The notes: generated by a model not told the origin, from the sequence alone. A DNA stretch of 58,280 bases, filler included, from Piptocephalis cylindrospora (GCA_003614145.1; 3 parts of 3 records of this genome joined end to end with filler, not necessarily neighbours in it), one strand, 5' to 3'; counted from the whole stretch's first letter, positions 34,307 through 46,012 are shown. Numbers and translations: made by a program.

Positions 34307-35737
34307 TCATAGCCGTCGTCGTTTCAACCTCCTCTCCCGCTCACGCAGTCTCTCCTGTTCTAGACGGTCCTCTTCCTGATCCTCCTTACGGGCAAGGCGG
34401 GAACTGAAGGCCTCTTCCTGATGAACGTCAGCGGCCGTAGCCTCCATATCATCATCGGAATCATCGTAGTGGGATTGTTGGTATCGTTTGCCAAAGAGTT
34501 GACCAATGACTTTAGATAGCTCCGTTGGGTCATCTTCCTCATCATCAATGAATCCATCCTCCTCTTCCTCCTCTTCGTCGTCATAACGATCCGCATGTCG
34601 GGATGGATAAGAAGGTCTTTGTCGATTTGGGAAGGAGGATGTCCTCGACTGGGAGGACGAGGGCCTTGGAGGGAAGGGCGATCTTGATTGGGAGGAGGTG
34701 GATCTCTGAGGTAGGGTTAATTGACTTTGCCGGAACTGACCTGGTCTGATCGGACCCGCCCGGTCCTGATTAACCCCCTTTCCTTGCCTAACCTCGCCTC
34801 CTTGGTCGTCCTGATCAAGTCGCCGTTGCCTGCGCTCGTCCATCAGATCGGCTACGGATCTTTTGTCCCTGGGTCTTTGATTGACCGGGATAAGGCCATT
34901 GTTGGATGAAGTGTGTTTTCTTCTATCTTTTGGAGGGAGAGAAGGAGGAGGAGGAAGAGGAGAAGAGGAGCCTTGCAGTTTCTCTCGTCGATTGGCCTCT
35001 GAACCGGGTTTCGGAGCCCATGGGGAGGGTTTGGAGCCCCTCCTTGCCTCAGCAGCTCTTTTTGCCTCGGCAATTCTCCTGGCTTCAACAGCCTTTTTCT
35101 CTTCAGTAGACTTCTTGGAGACCTCGGATGATTGGGGACGAAGGGAAGCCTCGAGAGCCAGGAAGGCAGCAGACTTATTGGTACCTCGTCCCTGCATGGC
35201 CTCGATGCGCTCATCCATGAGTTGAGCCACGGTCCGAGTATCTCGTCGACGTTGACTGACCGGGGTTAGGGTGAGATGAGAGGCAAGGGAAACATTAGGT
35301 TCCACGCGCATTTTGGAGCCCATCTTTCGTTCAGGATTGGAACGACGACCTGTGGTGGCAGAAGCCTTGGATTTCCCCCTGGAGACTGGGGGAGGAAGGA
35401 GAGAGGCAAGGCCGCCGGAGAGATACTTTGCGGATCTAGCCCTCCGGTCCACCTCGACTCTCCTAGCCTCCTCCTCCTCCCGTCTCTGCCTAATCTCGGC
35501 AACCTTAGCAGCTCGTTCGGCCCGTTGTTTACTCAGTTGCTCCTTTTTTAACTGCTGTTCTCTATGCTCCCTCTTACGCAGTTCGTCCTTCTTTTCCATT
35601 TCCTCCTCCCTCCTAGCCTGCTCTCTTGCCCTTTCCTGAGCGGCTCTCTCCTCCTTTCTGATCCTGCACAGCCTGTCCTCGGCCTCTTTTGTATTTTGCT
35701 CGGCCTGAGCCATGAGAGCTTCAAAGGAAAGGTTCAT
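34307..35737 (-). CDS. SPT2: Chromatin protein Spt2
   Basis: N-terminal SFEALMAQA coiled coil; C-terminal DGFIDDEEDD..IGQLFG...DDSDDDMEATAADVHQEEAFSSRLARKEDQEE is the SPT2 histone-binding signature. Confidence 0.9.
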   Translation of the reverse strand: MNLSFEALMAQAEQNTKEAEDRLCRIRKEERAAQERAREQARREEEMEKKDELRKREHREQQLKKEQLSKQRAERAAKVAEIRQRREEEEARRVEVDRRARSAKYLSGGLASLLPPPVSRGKSKASATTGRRSNPERKMGSKMRVEPNVSLASHLTLTPVSQRRRDTRTVAQLMDERIEAMQGRGTNKSAAFLALEASLRPQSSEVSKKSTEEKKAVEARRIAEAKRAAEARRGSKPSPWAPKPGSEANRREKLQGSSSPLPPPPSLPPKDRRKHTSSNNGLIPVNQRPRDKRSVADLMDERRQRRLDQDDQGGEVRQGKGVNQDRAGPIRPGQFRQSQLTLPQRSTSSQSRSPFPPRPSSSQSRTSSFPNRQRPSYPSRHADRYDDEEEEEEDGFIDDEEDDPTELSKVIGQLFGKRYQQSHYDDSDDDMEATAADVHQEEAFSSRLARKEDQEEDRLEQERLRERERRLKRRRL

Positions 35738-36607
35738 GGTGGGATAAAGAGAGAGGGTAAGAGTGCGTGTGTTTGTGTATTTGTGAAGGGAAGGGAGGGA
35801 GAAAGAGACAGAGTAAAGAAATGTGTGTGTGTGTGAGGAAAATGGTCTGGTATAAGATCTGCCCTTCTCTTTTATAGACCGACTCTAGTATACACCCATC
35901 TATCCCCTGTTCAACTGGATCAGTGCGGGTAAGCTCCGCCACACAAGCCTCATCCTTGGATCTGGAGGGATGATAATAAGGCGAGATCACTGACGTTTGT
36001 CTCCTTATCCATCAATGACGGACTGTGCCATGACACTATATCCTCTCTTTTCTTCTTCTCTCTTTCCCGCGCATAAAAGTAACCTTCTCTATGTTGACAT
36101 GTAATGATAAAGTGGCAATCAGGATGCTCAAGAGAAAGGCCCGTCCAAGTCAACTGATGGAAAGGAATGTCCACGGTCATTCAGGGTACAGCAAGGTCAA
36201 ACTCCTCCATGCTGTAATTATCTCCCTTGACATGTACATGTCACCTGACTTGGGCAGAGTATGGCCTGGAGTATTCCTCACGGTCACTCTCCACGGATTA
36301 TTGAGTCTCCGATGCGGAACCACACAGAGACCGGGAAGGAGCACATCGCCTCATCGCAATGTTCTCACCCTACTGCCCCATCACCACATTAGAACTAGTC
36401 CTCTCCATCATGCGTTGTCGTCAGCGCTCACGTCCACGTACGCCACACACGTAGGTATGGAGTGATATGCAGACCCTATTGTTCCCAGCTCCTTACAAGT
36501 ATAAATACAGGCCCTACATGACTCTGCTAGGGGCTCCACTTCCTTCTGGATCATCTCCTCCACTCTATTCCCTCCTTCCTTCCCTTTTCTCCCCTCCCAA
36601 AAAGCGG

Positions 36608-38152
36608 ATGTTCTCTTGCTTCTGTCGTCCTCGTCCCACTCGCCTTCAACCTCCTAGCTACGCTGCTGCCACAGCGGAAAAACCTCTATTGCACAAATCA
36701 ACCAGTCGTCGCTCTTCTCTTTCTTTCTTCCCCCGTCGCTTCCCCCGTCCCAGTAAAATGAGTTCTCCAGCTGACCTCAAGGTCGCCACAGCCGCCTTTT
36801 CCGGTACCTCTGCTTCCGAGGGTGAGGGAGTGCAGAAGAAGGAGCTCTCTGAATACGAGTCCACTTTCCAGTCCGACCCCAGGAACCTCCTGGCCCGAAA
36901 CGCCCTAACCCAGGGTAGGATTGGAGATGTCCTCCTATCGAGACCCAAGGTGCTGAAGCACCCAGGACACTTTAATGTTCGGGTGGATCCAGAGGGCAAG
37001 GCCACCAACCAAAAGGCGTCGGGTCGCTGTTGGCTCTTCGCTGCCACCAACGTCATGAGGCTTCGTATCATGAAGGAATACAATCTGGAGGATGCTGAGC
37101 TCTCCCAGCCCTTCCTCTTCTTCTACGACAAGGTGGAGAAGGCCAATTGGTTTCTCGAACGCGTCCTAGACCTCCGGGATTCCCCCTTGGATGGACGGGA
37201 GATGGAGTTCCTGTGTCGGGACCCTGTTCAGGATGGGGGGCAATGGGATATGTTTGTCAATCTCGTTGAAAAGTACGGTGTAGTCCCCAAGGCCGCTTAC
37301 CCCGAATCCGTCCAGACTTCAGCCTCCGCCCAGGTTCGATGGCTCCTCACCTGTAAGCTCCGGCAATGGGCCGGGGAACTTCGTGATGCCCATCGCCAGG
37401 GCACGTCCCTAGAGGAGCTTCGGACCCGAAAGAAGGCGATGATCGAGGAGACCTACCGTATCCTGGCCATTGCCTGTGGTGAACCCCCCAAGTCCTTTGA
37501 CTGGACCTTCCGGGATAAGGATAAGAAGACCAAGGAGATTCGCTCGCTCACTCCGGTGGAGTTCTACAAGGAACACACCAAGTACCCAGCCACCCAGACT
37601 GTCTCCCTCATCCACGATCCCCGTAACCCTTACCAGGCCCTCTACACGGTCCAGTACCTGGGCAATGTCCAGGGAGGCAGGCCTGTCCTCTACATTAACC
37701 TCCCCGTCGACCAAATCAAGTCCCTGGCTGTCAAGGCCCTCCAGGGGGGCAAGGCAGTGTGGTTTGGATGTGACGTGGGAAAGCACTTTGCCAGGTCCAA
37801 GGGTCTCATGGACATGAACGTTCTGGATTATGACCTGGGCTTCCAAGTCCAATTTTCGCAGGATAAGGCCGATCGTCTTCGGTACGGAGAAAGCGCCATG
37901 ACCCACGCCATGGTCTTCACTGGAGTGCATCTAGAGGAAGGGACTGAACGTCCCCTTCGTTGGCGCGTCGAGAACTCGTGGGGCGAGGATACGGGGGAAA
38001 AGGGGTACATGGTGATGAGTGATGAATGGTTCTCCGAGTACACGTATCAGATCGTCCTGGAGAAGGAGGATCTTCCCTCTGAGGTCCTGGATCTCCTGAA
38101 CCAGGACCCCACGGTCCTCCCACCCTGGGACCCCATGGGCAGCTTGGCTTGA
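36608..38152 (+). CDS. LAP3: Bleomycin hydrolase / cysteine aminopeptidase (peptidase C1B); alternative start at 36758
   Basis: TNQKASGRCWLFAATN (catalytic Cys), ELSQPFLFFYDKVEKANWFL, DGGQWDM, AMTHAM (His), WRVENSWG (Asn), C-terminal PWDPMGSLA. Confidence 0.95.
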   Translation: MFSCFCRPRPTRLQPPSYAAATAEKPLLHKSTSRRSSLSFFPRRFPRPSKMSSPADLKVATAAFSGTSASEGEGVQKKELSEYESTFQSDPRNLLARNALTQGRIGDVLLSRPKVLKHPGHFNVRVDPEGKATNQKASGRCWLFAATNVMRLRIMKEYNLEDAELSQPFLFFYDKVEKANWFLERVLDLRDSPLDGREMEFLCRDPVQDGGQWDMFVNLVEKYGVVPKAAYPESVQTSASAQVRWLLTCKLRQWAGELRDAHRQGTSLEELRTRKKAMIEETYRILAIACGEPPKSFDWTFRDKDKKTKEIRSLTPVEFYKEHTKYPATQTVSLIHDPRNPYQALYTVQYLGNVQGGRPVLYINLPVDQIKSLAVKALQGGKAVWFGCDVGKHFARSKGLMDMNVLDYDLGFQVQFSQDKADRLRYGESAMTHAMVFTGVHLEEGTERPLRWRVENSWGEDTGEKGYMVMSDEWFSEYTYQIVLEKEDLPSEVLDLLNQDPTVLPPWDPMGSLA

Positions 38153-38438
38153 GTGTGTGTGTGTGCGGGAGGGGAGGGGAGGGGGGAGGAAGCTAGTGGA
38201 GAATAATAAAGTCTTTTGATCTCGAGCCACGAAGGACGATGTACAGACGTTTAGGGATGCACGCTACAACACACCACTCAAGGTGTTCTTTTATTGCTCC
38301 TGTCAGGCATTGTCATCGCCGTTGGAAATAAAAAAGAAAGTAAAGAGGAAAAAAAGAAAAAAAAGGAAGAGTAACCCCCTTTGATTCTACGCCCTCCTCC
38401 TCACCTCTTCATTCTACGCATCACCATTCTTCAAGGAT

Positions 38439-38917
38439 TTACTCGTTCTTGGCGAGGATCTTCTGGATCTCGTCGTAGAAGGCAAGAACAAGGGCACCAC
38501 CGGTTCCACGGAGGACGTTGGAGAAGGCACCACGGAAGAAGGCGGGGGTACCCTCAGCGGAGTAGAGCTTGCGGAAGCAATCGATGGTGGAGGTGTAGAG
38601 GATCTCACCACGACCGGCCTGCATCATCATACGACGACGGACGGTGTCAAAGGGGTAGGAGATGATACCAGAACCGGTGGGGAGGACCTGAGCGATGGCC
38701 CAGTTGGTCCAGAAGGAGGCGTTCTTGGGGTCGCTGAGGAGGGCGGACTTTGCGGTATCGAAACCACCAAAGTAGGCGGCACGGTAGACGATGATACCGG
38801 CGACGGAGATGCTGAAGCCCTGGTAGACACCACGGAAACCGTCCTGCTTGACGATGGTGGAGATACAGTTACCGAGCCCGGTGAACTGCCTGTTCTTGCC
38901 GATACCGCCATCGACAG
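38439..38917 (-). CDS. Mitochondrial ADP/ATP carrier, C-terminal half only (5' part lost in the gap)
   Basis: Open frame from the gap: ...[26 protein letters not shown]...[13 protein letters not shown]...[17 protein letters not shown]...[24 protein letters not shown] is the AAC signature. Confidence 0.95.
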
Positions 38918-39017
38918 NNNNNNNNNNNNNNNNNNNNNNNNNNNNNNNNNNNNNNNNNNNNTTAATTAATTAANNNNNNNNNNNNNNNNNNNNNNNNNNN
39001 NNNNNNNNNNNNNNNNN
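38918..39017. other. Assembly gap with artificial TTAATTAATTAA linker
   Basis: 44 N + linker (38962-38973) + 44 N. The real gap must exceed 100 bp if it holds the AAC N-half. Confidence 0.97.
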
Positions 39018-39795
39018 GTGGGTGCATGGTGCGACTGTTTTGTTTTTTTCCGAAAGGTATGATGGGGGTAGCAGGACGTTCTAGGGAAACTGCAAAGAAA
39101 GGCGAGGAAGGAAGTGTATGTATATATAGGCGGAAGCAAGCGGATAGGGAGGATGTAGAGAAAGAAGAAGGAAAGGAGGCCTAGATGTGTGGGTGTGGGA
39201 AGCAGAAGGAGCAAAGCCAACAAAAAACACACAATCCTTCCACACTCAAATCCTTCTCGGATGGAGGCAGGGACCCAGTAAGTATGTGTGCATGGTGCGC
39301 TTGGTTGGCCTCTGGGACAAGATGATAGTGGAAGACGTGGGCCAATCAGAGGTCGTATCTATCCAGGGCATTTCGTACTCCGGGTTGTGCCGCGGAGTAT
39401 CAATACAACATGGCAGTACCATCAGCAGACAGGTGCATACAATCCTCTCCAGCCTGCGTCCCTGATCGTCTCCTCAATGCTACACGGTAGATGACAAGTG
39501 TAATGCATCGAATACAAGGAGATCCTGAGAAGGGAAGGGGAGCATGGGGTAAGTCATGACTTTTCACTGGTCATCAATCCTCATTAGCATCAGCTCCACA
39601 GGGGTGTCCTATCAGGAAGGGTGGAATGGAAACGTTGGTGATGTATACAACCTACGTGAACAAAGCGAGGATCCGCACACGTTTGAGTACCAATTTCCCC
39701 CTCACACACTCTCTCTCTCCTTCTCTCCATGAGACACAAAAATCCGTGGAATGGGGAAGAGAATAGGGGCAAGGAAGGAGGAAGGGAGCCACGCC

Positions 39796-40826
39796 TTAAT
39801 CCTCCTCCTCCCATATCCGTCGCTTCCTAGCTTGTCGAGCACGACTCCTCGTTTCCGCGCCTACTGGGGGTTCTGGGGTGGGTTCGGACTGAGTGGCCCC
39901 AGCCATCCTTCCAGGGAGGCCCATGGATGACGGGGTGGGGGAGCCTCCCATGAGGACCTGGCTATTACCGTTCTGCGGAGCCGCCAAGTGGGATAAGGGA
40001 GGAAGAGGAAGGGAAGCGGAGGGAGGGATAGCCGATTGGGGTGGAGGAGGAAGATGGGGATGGTGGAGGAGGGAAGGAATGGAGAATCCGTGAGCCTGAC
40101 CTGGGGGCGCATAGGTTGATACTGTAGGGTAGGGCACACCAGACGGATAAGCAGGAGGGGTGGTTAACGCTGTGATAGGTGGGAGAGTAGGGTAAGGGGC
40201 CGGGGCCATGCCCACTCCCCCGGATGCTGGGTAGTAGGGGGGAACAGTAGATCCAGGCATATCCGTCCTGTCCCTCCCCTCCTCCACCTTGACAGCCTCA
40301 GCCTTTATCATGACCTCCCCCTCCCCCTCCTCTTCCTTGGTCATCTGTCTTGGTCGAGGCCCCCTTCCATTTGACTGGGTCGGTGAGCCTGGTCGTTTCG
40401 TCGAGGAGGTCAACCCATCCGGGCTGGGGGCCGAAGAGGCCTCGACCAGCGCTGGGATCGCCGATACTGTGTCCTTGAGGAAGTCAAAGGTGTCACGCGT
40501 CTCAATGCACACTTTGAGATGTCCAGGCAAAAGTCTTCGGGAGTTCCGTGCCTTGGCCTCCACAGACGTTGCCTGCACCAGGGATGCCAGGAAAAGCTCC
40601 AGGGCTTTGGCTAATCGGCATTATGAGAATGTGGGTGTAAGTAACAACACGTCGCCTTTTCCTTTCAATCTAAAGTCATTTTAAAAAGCCCTCTCCTCCA
40701 AAAACTTATCAATCAACACTTACAAATCAACACCGGAGTGGCCTGCGACATCTTCCCTACATCCTCATCGGCCTGCATGATCTTTTTGATCCTGGCCACT
40801 GGAAACTTTGTCTTGTATTTTTTCAT
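39796..40826 (-). CDS. BUR6: Negative cofactor 2 alpha subunit (DRAP1/Bur6; histone fold) with Pro-rich tail
   Basis: [42 protein letters not shown]...HLK..I....FDFLKD. Intron 40723-40611. Confidence 0.92.
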
Positions 40827-41302
40827 CTGCTTCTTTGTGTGTATGTATGAGTGTATAAGAACGCCAGGTGGGGGATGAGGGGGACTGGAGGGTCACTAGG
40901 GCGCTAGGAGGGTCCAAGGTGTGTGCTTTGGCCCTTTTTGTTGATACAACCAAGATGGATCGTCTCTCACACTAGTGAGGGGGGAGGAGCGCAGGATGAA
41001 GAGCGTACCTATTCCAAGGGACCAGAAAAGGGGATAAAGGGCGGAGAGGTCAGGGTGGGAGGTCAGGGCAGGGGAGAGAGAAAGAGGGAAGGAGAAAGGG
41101 TAAGCGGCCTGATAAAAGAAGCGGACAACGCGCTCATGCTCACTCGCGCTTTCCCCTTTTTTAATAGGGGGCTATGACTCTCCCCATATCATGGACCCTA
41201 CCCTCTCCCCAGTCAAGCCTCATAAGGTGAAAAGAGAAGGGTCCATCTACACTTCTGATTATTCCTTGGATTAGGAAGTTCAAAAAAGGTTCAGTGACAC
41301 AT

Positions 41303-41375
41303 GGGGGTCTAGCTCAGATGGTAGAGCGCTCGCTTAGCATGCGAGAGGTACTGGGATCGATGCCCAGGTCCTCCA
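41303..41375 (+). tRNA. tRNA-Ala (anticodon AGC)
   Basis: Cloverleaf: GGGGGTC acceptor with G3:U70, D arm GCTC/GAGC, anticodon arm CTCGC-TTAGCAT-GCGAG, T arm CTGGG-ATCGATG-CCCAG, discriminator A. Confidence 0.96.
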
Positions 41376-41382
41376 TTTTTTT
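41376..41382 (+). terminator. Pol III oligo-T terminator of tRNA-Ala
   Basis: T7 run immediately after the discriminator base. Confidence 0.8.
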
Positions 41383-41569
41383 CTTTTTCTTGTAAAGTTG
41401 AATAAGGTACTACTTGTATGGCTTTTCAATCAATCAGGCTTCATTCGCTTTAAACCTCTTTTACTTACCGTAGGTAAGAATAGCATGGGCTATACAAATA
41501 CATTACTCTCCAACCTTTCTTCGCTGGAAATTATTTCCAGCTAATTGTTGATTTGGCCTAATGAATAAC

Positions 41570-41692
41570 ATGATAATAAAATCAAATTTTATTATTTTGT
41601 GTAGGGCTGGCTAAAGGGCATCCGAACACATTGACTGCCTGTAATCAGGCCGACATGCGTGGTACTAGGGACAGAGTCCCCAACGTGTACCC
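41570..41692 (-). mobile_element. Diverged copy of the dispersed ~120-bp repeat
   Basis: ATGATAATAAA..TTTTATT..GGGCTGGCTAAAGGGCATCCGAACAC..GCGTGGTACTAGGGAC..CGTGTACC. Confidence 0.55.
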
Positions 41693-42213
41693 TATGCTAT
41701 GAATGATATCTGAGCACTACAAAGTCCTGAAGCCCAGCTTTATCCGAAGAAACGTCCACCACTATGAAGGTCTCGAAATCTAATGAATAACATTTATCAG
41801 AGATGTTATTTGGTAGTTTATATAGCATTATTCAACATCTGGATAGCTCCCTTTTCCTCAGTATTATTAATTTTCAATCGCTAACTGGAGGGATTGACGA
41901 TCCTCCTCTTTGCCTCAGATCAAATCTTTCAATTAGCTTGGCCTTAGATAAGGCCACCACCATTCAAGTATTGGGTCCAATGGGACCACACGTTCTGTAT
42001 TACTCTGCCCAAGCATCCTTGACTGGGTTGAAAAACGCGGTATAAAAGGGACGGGGTAGTGTCGCGTAATATCCGCACATCAACACCGCCTTCCTATACC
42101 AGCTTCTCTGCCTTGCTTCCTCCCTTCCCAACCCCAGAGCATTCGATCCCCTTTTTCCCTCATCGCTCACAGCTCACTTACCCTGTGCTCCACCTGCAGA
42201 TACCATACACTAC

Positions 42214-45082
42214 ATGGGAGGTAGGTGAACTAGAGTGTTTGTCAGGAGGTTTAATTCCATTGTCCACCAATTCCCTTCCTCTTTACCTTCATGCCCTGGT
42301 AGATCAAAAGTCCCTCAGTAGTTTCTTTAGTACTAAGGGAAAGGCCAGTTCCAGAGCAAAGGGAAAGAAGGAAGATAAGGCTCCAGCCGTGGATCCTTCT
42401 TCTTTCTTTTCTTCCGTGACTACCATCCCCTCGGTCCAGAACACTACCCCTAAAAAGAAGACATCAGCTTCCAAGGAGGTAGTAAATGAGGATGTGCCAG
42501 GGGAAAAGGAGAAATATCATCGGGAGCAGGATAGAGAGGATGACGATGTCATAATCGTGGAGAAACCCGCTGGTCATGATCCTGCCTTTACAACCCCTAC
42601 CAAGGTGGCATCTTCCACGACTAATCACATTGAGTCCCCATCTACTTCATCTGCTTCCAAGAAAACGTAAGTCCTTCATTCTCCACTCTGATCAAGGATC
42701 ATGCCTAGTTCCAATCTCACTCTCTACATCTCAGCTCTTACATGATGCAGTTAAACAAAACTGGCCCCAGTGCCCCGGGATCCAAAAAAATTCCAGAGGG
42801 TGCGCCCAATTGCTTGCGTGGTCTCACCTTTGTTTTTACTGGTGAGCTCTCTTCCATCGACCGCGATCAGTCCTCTGACTTGGTCAGGCGATACGGTGGA
42901 AGGGTCACCAGTGCTGTCAGTGGAAAAACTAGCTATCTGGTCGTTGGGGAAAAGGATGTGGGCGCTACAAAGACGAAAAAGGCCGACTCCCTGGGTACCC
43001 CTACCTTGGATGAGGATGCTTTTCTTGCTCTCATCGCCTCTAAACCGGCTCAAGAGGATGACTTTGGCCCGATGGAAGGAAAGAGAGATTCTTTTTCTCT
43101 AGAATCACCTACAGCTTTGAAACGCATCAAGACCGAAGCTCCTCCCATTCAGGAGGAACATTTGAAGAGATCTACCAGGAGAAAGGCACCCAAGGACACT
43201 CAAGAACCTATCACGATGGTAGACAAAGGGAAAAATAGACCTCAACCTGCTACTCCCGCTGCCGCACCTCCCCCGCAGCTTTGGACGGAAAAACACGCTC
43301 CAAAGACCGTCGAGGAATTCTGCGGGAATAAAGGGATTGTGACCAAGTTAATCCAGTGGCTTCATCACTTTCAGCCCTTCCCTCCGGGAGGGAAACGTGC
43401 TCCCGTTGATGGAGCCCAGCGGGCTGTACTTCTTTCGGGCCCTCCGGGTCTGGGGAAGACGACCGCGGCAAAGCTGGCGGCTAAAGAGGCTGGGTACCGG
43501 ATATGGGAGTTGAATGCCTCAGACGCCCGGAACCAGGCGGTCCTTCGGGACGTCCTAGGAGTTGGAACAGTGACCCGATCAGTGGAGGGAGGCCGGGTGG
43601 TTTTAGTGATGGACGAAGTAGATGGCATGTCTTCTGGAGATCGGGGCGGGGTAGCCACGCTCATCCAGGCTCTTCGCACCTCCCGTATCCCAATCATTTG
43701 CATCTGCAATGATCGACAGGCTACCAACGTTCGTTCCCTCGCTAATTACTGCTTGGACCTTCGGTTCCGTCGACCCGATGCTCAGACCCTTCGCTCTCGA
43801 CTCCTCACCATCGCCTATCGGGAGGGCCTACGCATACCTACCTCGGTAATGGATTCTCTGGCCACGGCCAGTAACTCTGACTTTCGTCTCATTCTCAATA
43901 CCTTGTCCGCTTGGGCTGCGGGACGAGAGATAGCCTCATCCGAGGCCATGAGCTGGGATGAAGGAAAGACCTTGGGCGGGTCCATGAACAAGCACATCCT
44001 CCTGGGGCCCTTTGATGCCGCTCAGCGTCTCCTTAGTGCATCCACCCGATCTCAAAGCTCTCTGGAGGATCGAATCGGTCTGCACTTCATGGACATTGGC
44101 TTGGTTCCTCTGATGGTCCAGGAAAATTATGCTCGTATGACCGGTGGGTCCCTGGAGGCTATGAGCGTGGCAGCGGACTCCATCTCGGACTCTGATCTTC
44201 TGGATTCCCTGATCCATAGGTAAGCCCGTTTTGGTTCGAGTAAAGTGTATTTTCTCCTGTGCCCTCTTAATCATCCCCATCTCCCCAGTTCCAATCAGCA
44301 ATGGTCCTTGGCCCCTGCCCATGGTATGATGGCATCGGTTATCCCGGGAACGGTGCAGCGTCTCTCGGGGGCTTATCTCTCCGGCCGTTTAGAGTTTGCC
44401 GGATTCCTCGGTAAACTTAGTAAGACTGGAAAGAGCATACGGATGTTGCGACAGCTTCATCTTCACATGTCGACCGAGGTTTCCTCTGTGGTTGGGGAAC
44501 TTCGTGAGGATTATCTCCCCGTTCTTTCCCGTCGTCTCCTCGGGCCCCTGGCTGAACAGGGCCAGGTAGGTTTTTGTGTACACTATGTGGATGGTGGAAA
44601 GCGAGAAGCATATTTCACTCTATTGACACCCCCCCTTCTTCCCTCCACAGTTGGCCATCCCCCAAGTACTGGATGAAATGGAAAAATATCACATTACCCG
44701 AGAAGATGTAGATTTCATGCAGGAAATCCTACTCTCCCAGCCCCCTTCCCTGCCAACCGCGGTAAAATCAGCCTTTACCCGGGAGTATAATAAAGTTGGG
44801 CATCGAGATATTGCGGTTGGTGGGTTGAAGGGTTCGGGCAAGATCACGAGCTCGGCACCGTCGAGTATGAGTACAGATATGGATGAGGTAGTGGATGAAG
44901 ATGTGGCCGAGGAAGAAGAGGAGGAAGAGGAGGAGGATGACGGGGCCGAGGCTTTCAAGACCAAGAGGACCGGGCGTGGATCCAAAGTCAATGGCCCTGG
45001 GAAAGGGAAGAAGCGGCAAGCCGCACCCTCCTCTTCTTCTGGAACCCGGAGTCGGGCGAAACGAGGTCGAAGCAAGACGTAG
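42214..45082 (+). CDS. RFC1: Replication factor C large subunit
   Basis: MG|DQKSLSSFF start; BRCT (IPEGAPNCLRGLTFVFTGEL..YGGRVTSAVSGKTSYLVVG), LWTEKHAP, Walker A GPPGLGKT, ELNASDAR, MDEVDGMSSGDRGG, C-terminal VKSAFTREYNK. Four introns. Confidence 0.96.
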
Positions 45083-45484
45083 AAGGAAGGGGGGTGAATT
45101 GGGCGGGGATGGCTCGGGCCTTGATTAAAGGACTGCATGTTCAGACTTATTGATCCTTATTGTGCGTCCCCTGTTCCTGTTATTACTCATGATAATCGGT
45201 AAGAAAATGCAGTGGAGGGTTCTATTTTAGCGTAAGGGCATGTTTTCTCCGCCACGATCATACTCCAAGGAGGATAAATGCATAGTTTGCTAATGTTGCC
45301 ATCCGTGAGCGATGAGGAAGGAACGGAGGATCCACCAGTGTACCTTATGGGATGAATGCTCCGCTCTGTCGAAACAACACGCTAGTGCATCACCAGCCAT
45401 TCAATCCTAAAATTTGTCTGGTAAAGCACTCAGGCCTGCCTTCCTCCACCTCACTATTCTTCCCGTTGATTATATTGCTTTAGG

Positions 45485-45835
45485 ATGGCTACACTCCTGG
45501 AAGAAGACGGTGACATTAGTCCCAAGTTTGAAGCTGCCCTGCGCGCCATGTTTAAGTGTCATGACCGTGACCAGGATGGGGCCTTGTGCCCTGCTGAGCT
45601 AGATGCCTTTGCTACTCTGACGAACGGCGAGCCCTTCGATGAGGATACCCTAGTGGAGCTTCACGAGAACTTTGACCTCAATGACCAGGGCTGGCTTACC
45701 CTCAAGGGGTTTTTCCAGCTTTATTTTCTCCAAACCGAGGGGGAGCCCGAAGAGACGTGGAAGGACCTCAAGGCGCACGGGTTCGACAGGGATCTTGAGC
45801 CCTTGTCAAACTCACCAGACTCTGAGAGCAATTGA
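45485..45835 (+). CDS. Small EF-hand protein
   Basis: Loops DRDQDGALCPAE and DLNDQGWLTLKG; C-terminal LQT..EPEETWKDL..HGFD. Confidence 0.8.
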   Translation: MATLLEEDGDISPKFEAALRAMFKCHDRDQDGALCPAELDAFATLTNGEPFDEDTLVELHENFDLNDQGWLTLKGFFQLYFLQTEGEPEETWKDLKAHGFDRDLEPLSNSPDSESN

Positions 45836-46012
45836 ATTCAATTTCCTTGGTATATTACCGTGTTCATTGTAGCATATATGGGAGAGGGGAGGGGTGTTTG
45901 AAAGATAGCGTATAGGCAGGGGATTCCTTTGATCCTAGCCTTTCTCAAGTACTGCTATAGCATATCATCGGAAGAGGATAAAAGGATGACTCTGGCCCTC
46001 TTTACTCATCGC

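Noticed and set aside
39018..39130. ATG CAC CCA start with TATATA on the minus strand next to the gap, as the AAC 5' end
   Set aside because: Only three codons are visible; it cannot be tied to the carrier across the gap.
6752..40826. Apparent cluster of chromatin/transcription genes (IES6, SPT6, NOT4, SPT2, BUR6)
   Set aside because: They are interspersed with unrelated housekeeping genes and split by two gaps of unverified linkage; chance is sufficient.
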